Under the pieces are notes generated by a model. It saw only the letters and a program-made list of their open reading frames with translations. It searched no databases and was not told the DNA's origin. Of a DNA stretch of 64,000 nucleotides, positions 40,717 through 49,280 are shown piece after piece; positions within the stretch are counted from its first letter, which is position 1, and every line of letters begins with the position of its first letter. The DNA lies in assembly GCA_013178415.1 (NCBI GenBank), contig JABLXA010000001.1, forward strand, positions 33,445 through 97,444, written 5' to 3'. A program made the translations under genes and the position numbers. This DNA comes from Bacillota bacterium. Lineage in GTDB: Bacteria; Bacillota; SHA-98; Ch115.

Positions 40717-42440
40717 GCGATCTCCTCCTCTGAAAGCTGCGAGGAAACGATCTCGCGGTAGACTTCGCAGGTTTTCAAGAGCTCTCTATGGGTGCCGATA
40801 CCGGCGACCCTCCCTTCATCCAGGACTACGATCCGGTCTGCATCCATGATTGTGCTGACCCTCTGGGCGACGATTATCACTGTTGCGCCAGCCGTTTCCT
40901 TCTTTAGCGCCGCGCGCAGCCTGGCATCGGTCTTGAAGTCGAGAGCAGAGAAACTGTCATCAAAGATGTAGATTTCGGGCTTTCTGACCAGCGCGCGGGC
41001 GATGGCAAGACGCTGTTTCTGGCCACCAGAGATATTGGTCCCGCCCTGGGCGATTTCTGAATCAAAGCCGTCCTTCATCTCTGAGATGAAATCCAGGGCC
41101 TGGGCGATCTCTGCAGCACGCCGGATTTCTTCATCAGTCGCGTCCTTCTTGCCATACCTGATATTGTCAGCGACCGTGCCAGAAAAGAGCACAGCCTTTT
41201 GAGGCACGAAGCCGATCTTGGCCCTCAGTTCTTCTTGGGCCATTTCCCGGACATCCACCCCATCCACCAGAATGCTACCGCTAGTGACGTCGTAAAAGCG
41301 CGGGATCAGGTTGACCAAGGTTGATTTGCCCGAGCCTGTGCCGCCGATGATGGCGGTGACCTCGCCCGGGCAGGCGCGGAAGGAAATATCTCTGATTGCG
41401 GGTTCTTCTGCGCCGTGGTACCTGAAGGTGACATCATGAAACTCAACATACCCCTTCTCGCTGCCTGCTCTCCTGGCAGCCGCCGGGTCGTTGATCTCAG
41501 GCTCGATGGCCAGCACCTCATTGATTCTATCTGCCGAAGCCTGGGCGCGGGGGATCATGATGAACAGCATCGAGGCCATGAGGAGAGATATCATGATTTG
41601 CATAGCGTATTGGAAGAACGCCATCATATTGCCGATTTCCAGGGTCCCATGGTCGATGCGGATGCTTCCGAACCAGATGATGGCGACTATGGTGAGGTTC
41701 ATGATCAGCATCATTACCGGCATCAAAAGAGCCATCAACCTGTTGACTCTGATAGAGGTTTCAGTCAGATCGAGGTTGGCTTCGTGGAAACGCCTTCTCT
41801 CATGGTCTGTGCGGTCGAAAGCGCGGATGACCCTGATACCCTCGAGATTCTCGCGCACGATCAGGTTTATCCGGTCGATCTTTTTCTGAATGCTCCTGAA
41901 AAGCGGAAGGCCTTTATGAGCGACAAAAACGATTATGGCAGCAAGGATGGGCAGAACAACGGCCAAAACCCAGGCCAGACCTCTATCCTTCGATAGGGCC
42001 ATGATGATACCGCCAATGCACATGATGGGCGCGCTTATCATCATCCGCATCATGATCATGATGACCATTTGAATCTGGGTGACATCATTGGTATTCCTGG
42101 TAATGAGGGAGGGGGTGCCGATCTTGTCAAATTCGTGTAGTGAAAACTTCTCCACATGGGCGAAAATCTTGGCGCGCAATATCTTGCCAAAGCCCATGGC
42201 CGTTCTCGCCGATAGGAAAGCCGCTGTGATTGAACAAATCGTCCCGCCCAAGGCGACGAGTAGCATCAACCGGCCGATTCTCCAGATATAGCTGACATCG
42301 CCTTTCATGATTCCGGTATTGACGATGTCCGACATCAATGTCGGGAGGTACAGCTCGGAAAGCGTCTGCAGGAATACAAGGCTGATAACAAACACGATTT
42401 GGATTCGGTATGGTTTGAGGAATTTGAATAGTTTTATCAT
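40713..42440 (-). CDS. ABC exporter half-transporter (TMD-NBD), subunit A of a heterodimer.
   Basis: Six TM helices; Walker A GGTGSGKST; signature ISGGQKQR; Walker B IYIFDDSFSALD. Confidence 0.85.
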   Translation of the reverse strand: MIKLFKFLKPYRIQIVFVISLVFLQTLSELYLPTLMSDIVNTGIMKGDVSYIWRIGRLMLLVALGGTICSITAAFLSARTAMGFGKILRAKIFAHVEKFSLHEFDKIGTPSLITRNTNDVTQIQMVIMIMMRMMISAPIMCIGGIIMALSKDRGLAWVLAVVLPILAAIIVFVAHKGLPLFRSIQKKIDRINLIVRENLEGIRVIRAFDRTDHERRRFHEANLDLTETSIRVNRLMALLMPVMMLIMNLTIVAIIWFGSIRIDHGTLEIGNMMAFFQYAMQIMISLLMASMLFIMIPRAQASADRINEVLAIEPEINDPAAARRAGSEKGYVEFHDVTFRYHGAEEPAIRDISFRACPGEVTAIIGGTGSGKSTLVNLIPRFYDVTSGSILVDGVDVREMAQEELRAKIGFVPQKAVLFSGTVADNIRYGKKDATDEEIRRAAEIAQALDFISEMKDGFDSEIAQGGTNISGGQKQRLAIARALVRKPEIYIFDDSFSALDFKTDARLRAALKKETAGATVIIVAQRVSTIMDADRIVVLDEGRVAGIGTHRELLKTCEVYREIVSSQLSEEEIA

Positions 42441-42581
42441 ATTCCACCATCTCTCTATATCAAAACACGAGAATCCCCGTAGCTCCTATAGTCTCATGCA
42501 GTCTCATGACCCACATATTGGCCGACCCTGCGTATGACAAAGCGGCAGGGATCCATGACTTCAGTTTGATGGCGATTCCGG

Positions 42582-42872
42582 CTAATCCTGCCCTTTTTCA
42601 TCCGGCCCCTCTGCGGATCTATATGGGTCCTCTACAGACATTCGAAACAATTTCTCAAGGGTATTTACATGCTCGCTCAACCTCGCCAGCAACCCGCTGA
42701 CTGCCTCGGCCTTGATCATCATCAAGCCACGGCCGCCAAAGCCCCCGCCCAGCACCAATATCTTGTCGCCAGGCTTGATCCCCAGAGCCTCCCTGGCCTG
42801 TTGGGGGATGACCACCTGCCCGCGTTCACCCACGGTTACGGCACCATAGAAAATCGGTTCATGCCCGGCCAT
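42582..42872 (-). CDS. AbrB/MazE/SpoVT-family DNA-binding domain protein. The start is at the internal ATG (MAGHEPIFYGAVTVGERGQVVIP) after AAGAAGG; the six-frame ORF opens at 42938.
   Basis: Swapped-hairpin motif VTVGERGQVVIPQQAREALGIKPGDKILV; 140 nt upstream of the ABC exporter pair. Confidence 0.55.
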   Translation of the reverse strand: MAGHEPIFYGAVTVGERGQVVIPQQAREALGIKPGDKILVLGGGFGGRGLMMIKAEAVSGLLARLSEHVNTLEKLFRMSVEDPYRSAEGPDEKGQD

Positions 42873-42936
42873 GATATACCTTCTTTCGCGAAATAGATCA
42901 TGTATGATCATTTTTACATGAATAGTATGATAGCAC

Positions 42937-43308
42937 ATGTTTGAGAGCGGAGCAAGGGGTGACGGTTTTCACCTGAAAGTTGCCCCGCACATTGTATGCG
43001 AGGTCATTTATATTCTTGAGGGCCAAGACTACTCACGAGATAAAATCTACAACGCATTAAGGGATTTCAGTCGGATAGACGGGATTGAGTTCGTGGACGG
43101 GGGTGCCATACTTGAAGCTGCAGTCGACTATGGAGACAAGAACATCGATTTCTCTGATGCGCTCTTGGCTGCCATCAGCGGGACCCGGGCCGAGAAGGTA
43201 TGTGCATTCCTTCGATTGGCAACACCTTCAAACCCGGGATCCTTGAGAAATGTTCTATATTATGTGTGGCAAGCGGGATATCGCGCTCGAGGCAGATGGC
43301 GGCAATGA
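42937..43308 (+). pseudogene. N-terminally truncated PIN-domain (VapC-like) toxin remnant.
   Basis: C-terminal PIN pattern (...EVIYILEG...EFVDGGAILEAAVDYGDKNIDFSDALLAAIS) but no N-terminal Asp-containing strand. Partially overlaps vapC on the opposite strand. Confidence 0.35.
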
Positions 43309-43597
43309 ATGTATCCGCAGGGCCAATGACATTACCCTGCGCACGCAAGTCATTCTCTATTTGTGCAGCACGCAAGGCGGCGTCCTTGTCAAACGATAAC
43401 ACCGGTATAATGCTAAACAGCTTCTCGAGAATCCGGTCACGTCGGCTATTTGGCTTGATGCCCACACGTAACTCGAATAAAGTGATAGCAGTAACTGCCA
43501 TGTCGCCCGTCTTGAGCAATTCCTCTACATAATCTGCCCCCGGGTTCGCACCTCTCAGAAAGTCTATCACAACGCACGTATCGACTACCGTCTGCAT
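43175..43597 (-). CDS. vapC: PIN-domain toxin VapC. The start is taken at MQTVVDTCVVIDFL; the ORF opens at 43615.
   Basis: Conserved PIN acidic residues (VDTCVVIDFL, ...LATHNIEHFSRIPGL). Confidence 0.7.
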   Translation of the reverse strand: MQTVVDTCVVIDFLRGANPGADYVEELLKTGDMAVTAITLFELRVGIKPNSRRDRILEKLFSIIPVLSFDKDAALRAAQIENDLRAQGNVIGPADTFIAAICLERDIPLATHNIEHFSRIPGLKVLPIEGMHIPSRPGSR

Positions 43598-43836
43598 GAC
43601 TTCCACCTTTCCCAAAATTCTTTGACCGCTTCTGTCGCCGCTTTGGCCTCCTCATTGCTCAGCGAGCCTCTAAGGTTAAGAACTTCCTCGAGGTCGTCCT
43701 GTCTTGATTCGTGTCGCGCAATGTATTCCTCGATGGCCTGGCGTACGATTTCCGAATAGCCACGGAGCCCCGCCCGTGCAGCAAGAGCAAGCAGCTTTGC
43801 ACGAAGCTCATTATCAATATCTATCGTCGTCCTCAT
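43585..43836 (-). CDS. vapB: VapB-type antitoxin (MRTTIDID... family). The start is at the internal Met; the ORF opens at 43857.
   Basis: MRTTIDIDNELRAKLLALAARAGL is the typical start of Rv0623-like VapB antitoxins. Overlaps vapC. Confidence 0.6.
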   Translation of the reverse strand: MRTTIDIDNELRAKLLALAARAGLRGYSEIVRQAIEEYIARHESRQDDLEEVLNLRGSLSNEEAKAATEAVKEFWERWKSCRR

Positions 43837-43989
43837 GGCGTTCACCTCTGATGACATTCTAGTATTGGAACATTAGAATGTCAAGATGATGACATTAATT
43901 GTACGCGTTGGGGGAATAATAGATAGAAGGCTAAATATGGCGCGGGACATTATAATTGAGACGAACGGGAGTCGGGTAATTCAATTGAA

Positions 43990-44631
43990 TCAACGGAAGA
44001 CCTCATCTATCTCCAATCTAAAGCCATCCAACAGGGGGCTTTCCAGTGTCGTGCCAGGCGGATAAACCTGGACAGTGGCGAGCTCCCTGCCGTTATGAGC
44101 GGCAACCTCGATGCTGTGACCGTCGGGATCCACTATCCAGAATTCGCGAACTCCATAGCGGCCGTAAATCCGGCGTTTGGTCACCCTATCCAACTCCGCG
44201 GTAGAAGGTGAGAGGATCTCGACCACTAGGTCCGGCGCGCCTTGAATATAGGCCTCTTTGATTATCCCAAGGCGTTCCAGTGAGACATACAGGATATCAG
44301 GCTGGACCACGTTATGTTCACTTAATACCACATCAATGGGAGCATCATACACTTCTCCAAGGTCACGATTCTCAACCCAGTGCCGCAGTGCCTTTTCAAT
44401 CCTCCCGGAGACTTTTTGGTGAAAAACAGATGGAGCCGGTGTCATCTTCCTCAGGTCCCCCTCCACGAGCTCATATCTTTCCCCGGACGGCATCCGGCAA
44501 TAATCTGCGTATGTAAGACGAAGATCAGCCGTATAATATTGAACTGCCGTTTCCTTCACCATATCCGGAGGCTTTGGCACACTGGGGCCCTTCATCGGAT
44601 CCTGGTCTTTCACAGTAATCACCTCGATCAT
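43990..44631 (-). CDS. Uma2-family (DUF820) putative endonuclease, paralog 2.
   Basis: About 80% identical to paralog 1, with the same motifs (YELVEGDLRKMTPAPSVFHQ, PDLVVEILSPST, YGVREFWIVDP). Confidence 0.8.
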   Translation of the reverse strand: MIEVITVKDQDPMKGPSVPKPPDMVKETAVQYYTADLRLTYADYCRMPSGERYELVEGDLRKMTPAPSVFHQKVSGRIEKALRHWVENRDLGEVYDAPIDVVLSEHNVVQPDILYVSLERLGIIKEAYIQGAPDLVVEILSPSTAELDRVTKRRIYGRYGVREFWIVDPDGHSIEVAAHNGRELATVQVYPPGTTLESPLLDGFRLEIDEVFR

Positions 44632-44794
44632 GTGAATTCACGCACTTATTGACATCCTAATTCTACCAATAAAGAAGGGACCGGTCAAGGATTACTCGCA
44701 AGGACCGGTCAACGACTGCTCACGATGGCAGGACTACTCGTGATAGCTTGGTTGCTATAAACTGGGAAACCGGGAGACTCCGCCGACCATTTAC

Positions 44795-45586
44795 TCAGGG
44801 TATGTCAGCAAATACCTGGCTCAAAACATCCTCCAGGGGCACTTCCTCAACGGTGAAGTCCTGCACCGGGAAACTCGCAATAAGGGCCGAAGCAATACGG
44901 GTTGTCTCGCCAAAGGGCACCTTGAGGGTAGCAGACAGGCCGCCGTTGCTTACCACGCGCCCCAGGCGGCCGAGGGCGGCGCCCAGGCCTGTGTTATCAA
45001 CCTCGACTGCCCGGCACATGTTGATCAACTACTAGCGCTCTCGTAGCGCTTGAGCCCGTATTTCCATAGCACACGACTCACAGCGAGCATGATTCCGGTT
45101 GCCACAAAAGACCAAACGATCTCCCACCATGTGATCTTGCCGAATACCAGCCGGGCCGGGAAACTAGCGATCACCGTCATCGGCAATATGATCGTAAGGA
45201 AGAATCGCAGTACCCGCCCGTATATGCCATCCGGCTTGAGCGCGAAATGAAATAGCGAATCAAGGGCCATAAACCCACTGGATTTCACCATCCACAAGCT
45301 GCAGTGTCATTTGCGCAGCAACTATGTATGACAGGAGGTGAGGAAGGTCATACATGCCGATCCGTACTCCGGAGTGCGACCGGAATACGGCCACCCACAC
45401 CAGAGTATCAACGAGGAGTGGGGCGAGATTCAATACAGTGCGAATAAGATAATCAGCCCGGTATTCGAGCATATCCTGCGCTCCAGCGGCCACGTATGCC
45501 ATAAGCCTGCGCAAGGCTGAGAACCTACGAAAAGATCGAGATCTTTGCGGAGCCGCAAACCCGTGTGAGGCCGGAAATCTGCGCAC
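44795..45586 (-). pseudogene. Degraded ABC-2-type transporter genes: a frameshifted permease (two ORFs, 45260-45586 and 45025-45297) plus a C-terminal fragment of an ABC ATPase (44795-45028).
   Basis: Consecutive short ORFs in different frames with ABC-2 permease-like TM segments. The ATPase fragment ends ...EEVPLEDVLSQVF and has no Walker motifs. Confidence 0.4.
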
Positions 45587-45591
45587 CTTCC

Positions 45592-46557
45592 TTACCTCCC
45601 CTCCATAAGCTTCACATAATGTTCATACCGTGCGGGGCGTATGAATCCCGACGCGAGGGCATCTCGCACTGCACATCCTGGTTCGGTCAGGTGCGCGCAA
45701 TTGGAAAATCGGCATTTCCCTATATACGGCCTCATTTCACGAAAGCACGATGCAAGATCCTGGGCTGAAATCTCCCAAAATCCGAATTCCCTCATCCCCG
45801 CTGTATCCACCACGAAACCGCCTGCGCGGAGCTGAATGAGCCGGGAGGCCGTGGTTGTGTGGCGGCCCCGGTGTGTGATCCGACCGACCTCACCTGTCGC
45901 AAGGCCAAGTTCCGGCTCCACAGCATTGAGTAGTGACGACTTCCCCACTCCTGATGGGCCAACCACAACGGAAATCCTGCCCGCGAGGAGGGACCTGAGG
46001 TCATCTATGCCCTGGCCTGTCTTGGCGCATGTATGTAGAACTTGGTAGCCGATTTCCTCATAGGGAACGGTCATGTTGGCGGCATCCTCAGGGGAGGCAA
46101 GGTCGATCTTGTTGAGGCATATAACAGCTGGTATTCCTGAATACTCGGCTACGGCAAGGTACCGGTCAAGGCCCCGTGCCCTGAATGTAGGTTCCGCCGC
46201 CGCGTATACGATGATGATCTGGTCCACATTAGCTGCGATGACTTGCTCTCCCGGACGGCCACCTGCGGCCTTCCTGCCAAATGAATTGCGTCGCTTGCCG
46301 ATTTCCTCTATCACACCTCCGCCACCATCAAGAATGGATAGATAGACGATATCTCCAGGCGCCACTGGATTTATGGTGTTTTCAGTCTCTTTAATCAATC
46401 TCCGCCGGATTGTGCACAGGATAGGCCTGCCATCTACAAGCACTTGATAGATGTCACTTCCTATCCGGATGACCAAGCCGCTGCGGAGGTTTTCCTGTGG
46501 ACCGGATGTGATGCGGATACCACAAACATCAGTATTGGAAAGGCCTTCATTATTCAT
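45592..46557 (-). CDS. rsgA: Ribosome small-subunit-dependent GTPase A (RsgA/YjeQ). The start is at MNNEGL after GGGAGG; the ORF opens at 46590.
   Basis: OB-fold N-terminus, circularly permuted GTPase motifs (NKIDL..., GPSGVGKSSLLN, DTAG), and a C-terminal zinc finger CRFSNCAHLTEPGCAV. Confidence 0.85.
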   Translation of the reverse strand: MNNEGLSNTDVCGIRITSGPQENLRSGLVIRIGSDIYQVLVDGRPILCTIRRRLIKETENTINPVAPGDIVYLSILDGGGGVIEEIGKRRNSFGRKAAGGRPGEQVIAANVDQIIIVYAAAEPTFRARGLDRYLAVAEYSGIPAVICLNKIDLASPEDAANMTVPYEEIGYQVLHTCAKTGQGIDDLRSLLAGRISVVVGPSGVGKSSLLNAVEPELGLATGEVGRITHRGRHTTTASRLIQLRAGGFVVDTAGMREFGFWEISAQDLASCFREMRPYIGKCRFSNCAHLTEPGCAVRDALASGFIRPARYEHYVKLMEGR

Positions 46558-46852
46558 CGAAATCAGCCTCCCTATCGAAGAATTCGTCAATGAGATCTAT
46601 GGTTTCTCTATCACGGCGCGGCGGATCATGGCGCCTTCCCCGCTTTTCCTGCCGCCGTGTCTTGAGTCGTTCTTTCATCTTGTCGCGATTGCGCTTTTGT
46701 TCAAAGTCCTTTCTCAACCTCGATATCTGTCGTTCTGTCAGTCTATCAGTCACGGTTACATAACCTCCATAAGCACTTTTTTGAGAACTGCTACTACTTT
46801 GAAAATAGCTGAGCGCCATTTTCATTTTTCGTTGGTGCCGCCCCGGCGGCAT
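46550..46852 (-). CDS. Small, highly basic hypothetical protein with an acidic C-terminal tail, immediately upstream of rsgA. The real start is probably internal, giving about 66-90 aa.
   Basis: Lys/Arg-rich (RLRKDFEQKRNRDKMKERLKTRRQEKRGRRH...DEFFDREADFDE). It contains the rsgA RBS at its 3' end, and its N-terminal 10 codons lie inside a repeat element. Confidence 0.35.
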   Translation of the reverse strand: MPPGRHQRKMKMALSYFQSSSSSQKSAYGGYVTVTDRLTERQISRLRKDFEQKRNRDKMKERLKTRRQEKRGRRHDPPRRDRETIDLIDEFFDREADFDE

Positions 46853-46942
46853 GGGGGGCTATCCTGAAAATAGCGGCGCCCGCCTCGGGAGATTTTCATC
46901 CCCCTGATGATGCCGCTATAGCGGCATGGGAGTCTACCCTGA
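46835..46942 (+). repeat. Composite intergenic repeat element: two GC-hairpin units (GTGCCGC-CCCG-GCGGCATGGGGGGCTATCCTGA and GATGCCGC-TATA-GCGGCATGGGAGTCTACCCTGA) separated by a conserved 41-nt linker.
   Basis: The two units are seen directly. The linker plus second unit recur at 60973-61048, and single hairpin units recur at 47047-47070 and 48711-48741 (inverted). Confidence 0.5.
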
Positions 46943-47046
46943 CATTGCTTTTGGTACGCAAAAAGGCCATGGGCGACACCTTACCCACGGCCGGCATAGT
47001 TTTATCCTGCGCCTAATATCCTTGCTCATCAACCGGGCGAATAGAA

Positions 47047-47070
47047 ATGCCCGCTATCGCGGGCATGCAG
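47047..47070 (+). repeat. Hairpin-unit variant of the same repeat family (ATGCCCGC-TATC-GCGGGCATGCAG).
   Basis: Same architecture: a GC stem, a 4-nt TAT(A/C) loop, then CATG. Confidence 0.3.
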
Positions 47071-47485
47071 TATCAAAGCAGACTTTAGTAATATGCGGGA
47101 ATACGATTTAGTCTTCCCATAGCTTTCCCTTCATGCCCCGGACGACAAGGTGGGTAAGGTGAATTTTGGGAATAGCAAACACACGCACAACGACCTCATT
47201 CACATAACCCACCTCCACTTCAGAAGCATAATCGGGACACTTCTACCCTACCATTTCAGGGAGCCTATGTCAATATATCATGAGCACCTTTGCCATTTTT
47301 TGTTCTTCGCTTCCCCCCAGCCGAGGTTTATGTCTCGCGCGTAATCACAGGGATGGACCTGCTAATCTAGATGTCCATGTTGTCATGACAGATAGGCAAA
47401 ATCAGACCCGATAAAGCGGTCGCCCCTTACGCGTGAGAATCAAGACGCTGGGGGATGGCTATATATGCTCAATCTCACGGTGCAA

Positions 47486-47941
47486 TCATTCAAGGGGTGG
47501 TATCTTTTGGCTGCGCGTCTCGATGAAGGAAAGAAACTCCTCTATTTCTGTTTTAACCCTTATAAAGGTCTCCTGGATATTGTCTACCAATGGTTGCATT
47601 CGGGCGGGAGATAGGTGGAAGGTATATACATTTCGGACCACGTGACGGAAACCTCTATATGCATCTAGGCTATCCCTTGTCTTCTTTGAAATAACGGGGG
47701 GGCGAACCATTTCGATTTCTATTGCCATCTGGTGCAATAACTCTTGATGCCAGTTGTCTCCCTCCGGTTTGCTTTGATCAATATTGGCGGCAATTAATTC
47801 GAAAATCCTCTCCAGACCGGTATAGAGGCTATGTAGATTAAATGCTACGCTATCAAGATAAAGATCATCATTTTCGCGCCTAGCTCGTTCCCATCCGAGA
47901 TGAATACGCTCGGATGGCCTGTTGAAGTTCAGAGAGTTCAT
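47486..47941 (-). CDS. HEPN-domain protein, the putative toxin partner of the upstream nucleotidyltransferase (HepT or NTase-substrate-binding type).
   Basis: 151 aa and helical. Contains AYRGFRHVVRNVYTFH, which is an Rx4-6H / RNxxxH-like HEPN motif. Sits directly downstream of the MNT gene. Confidence 0.55.
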   Translation of the reverse strand: MNSLNFNRPSERIHLGWERARRENDDLYLDSVAFNLHSLYTGLERIFELIAANIDQSKPEGDNWHQELLHQMAIEIEMVRPPVISKKTRDSLDAYRGFRHVVRNVYTFHLSPARMQPLVDNIQETFIRVKTEIEEFLSFIETRSQKIPPLE

Positions 47942-47982
47942 CGCATACTCGACTGGCCATGGTTAGATGCTTCTTGCCCATA

Positions 47983-48396
47983 TTATATCTCCATCCCTTC
48001 GCCTTCAATAGCTCTGCGCAGAGATTCGCGGCAAGATTCCGGATCGACCAAGTCTATCTTGAATCTCGTGCTTAACCCTATAACTTCCCCCACTGCGGCG
48101 TAAAATTTATGGTCCGAGACCCCCCATGCTGCCAAATCAATATCAGACCATAGGCTGAATCGGGAGCGGTCGACCAATGAGCCAAAGACTACCACCTTCG
48201 AGGCGCCATACCTGCCTTTCAATATGTCTGCAGCCATCTTGGCAACTTCCCACGCTTCCCGGTAACGCTCGACCAGGAATGACTCAGCCGGGAGAGAATC
48301 GTCCGTGAATGTGAGGGGATATTTCCTAGCATAATAGGCAGCCAGGCTGTCAGGCTGCACGTCCATATCCCATATACCTCCCTGACGAAATGTCAT
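47983..48396 (-). CDS. Minimal nucleotidyltransferase (MNT/MntA-like, Pol-beta superfamily), the putative antitoxin.
   Basis: VVVFGSLVDRSRFSLWSDIDLAAW, i.e. the GS-x9-13-DxD nucleotidyltransferase motif. Confidence 0.7.
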   Translation of the reverse strand: MTFRQGGIWDMDVQPDSLAAYYARKYPLTFTDDSLPAESFLVERYREAWEVAKMAADILKGRYGASKVVVFGSLVDRSRFSLWSDIDLAAWGVSDHKFYAAVGEVIGLSTRFKIDLVDPESCRESLRRAIEGEGMEI

Positions 48397-48710
48397 TGAT
48401 AGACCTTATCCCTCAAATCCTTCTCAAAGGCCCTCCTAGTTCAGTATATCATAACCACGCTCTAGACTCTAGGTGATCCTGCGGCCGGGTATGTGTCAAG
48501 AAGATTGGTGCAACCTTCCCCCTTGATTTGAAATCCATTTTTTGGTTGCGATCCCGGTCACACGACGTCAGGTCCGGTAATCCTCCCATGGGGAACCTCG
48601 ACCAGGGGGCTGCATAAGGTAACACACCCGCGGCCCTGGCGCTGCGGTCTTAGCTTAGCATGCTATAATCTTGCATGCTATCGTCATCACCGGATTGGTT
48701 CCTTAAAACA

Positions 48711-48741
48711 GGGTAGACTCCCATGCCGCTGTAGCGGCACC
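48711..48741 (-). repeat. Inverted copy of the hairpin unit (reverse complement GGTGCCGC-TACA-GCGGCATGGGAGTCTACCC).
   Basis: 28 of 30 nt match unit 2 of the element at 46909-46942. Confidence 0.4.
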
Positions 48742-49280
48742 AGAAGAATGGGAACCGCAGCGTTCGATTCTTGGGGCGGCAAAGCCGGTGTCCTTGGGAA
48801 GACATACCCTCTTCCAGGCTCGGTAAAGCTCGAGTGAATTCTCTGCCTGCAGGCCTGGGTACCGTAATGAAAAATTACGGCGTATAGCAGATAAACACAG
48901 CAAATGTAGGATTTAATACGACAGAAAATGAACACCAAGCTGTCATAGTGTGAGGCGGTTAAGAGGATATTGTCCATCGGATACTATAGCATGGGGAATA
49001 ATATGAGAACAGTGAGTTTTGGGATGTGCGCTTGGCGACTCAAGATAGTGGAAGATGTCCGCCTGCGGCGGGAGCATTTTGGCGGGCAGGCCATCCAAAT
49101 AACTACAGGTATGCTGCCGGCCACAGGGAGCGATTCCAAGTTTATTGTGCGGCGGACGGGGCTCTGCCCGGGCTCACTTGGTCTCGGGGGCTTCATGCAC
49201 GGGTTTTGCAGGTGGCGTGGCAATATATATCATCGTTCGGTATTCCCGAGCCTTGGTCTAACTGCAGGGGGGTGGATATC

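Noticed and set aside
49026-49280. N-terminal 85-codon extension (GTG start) of the YetF-like ORF
   Set aside because: The extension is Arg/Ala/Gly-rich, non-membrane and unlike DUF421 proteins. A start at the internal ATG at 49281 gives the family-typical length, so the upstream part was treated as non-coding.
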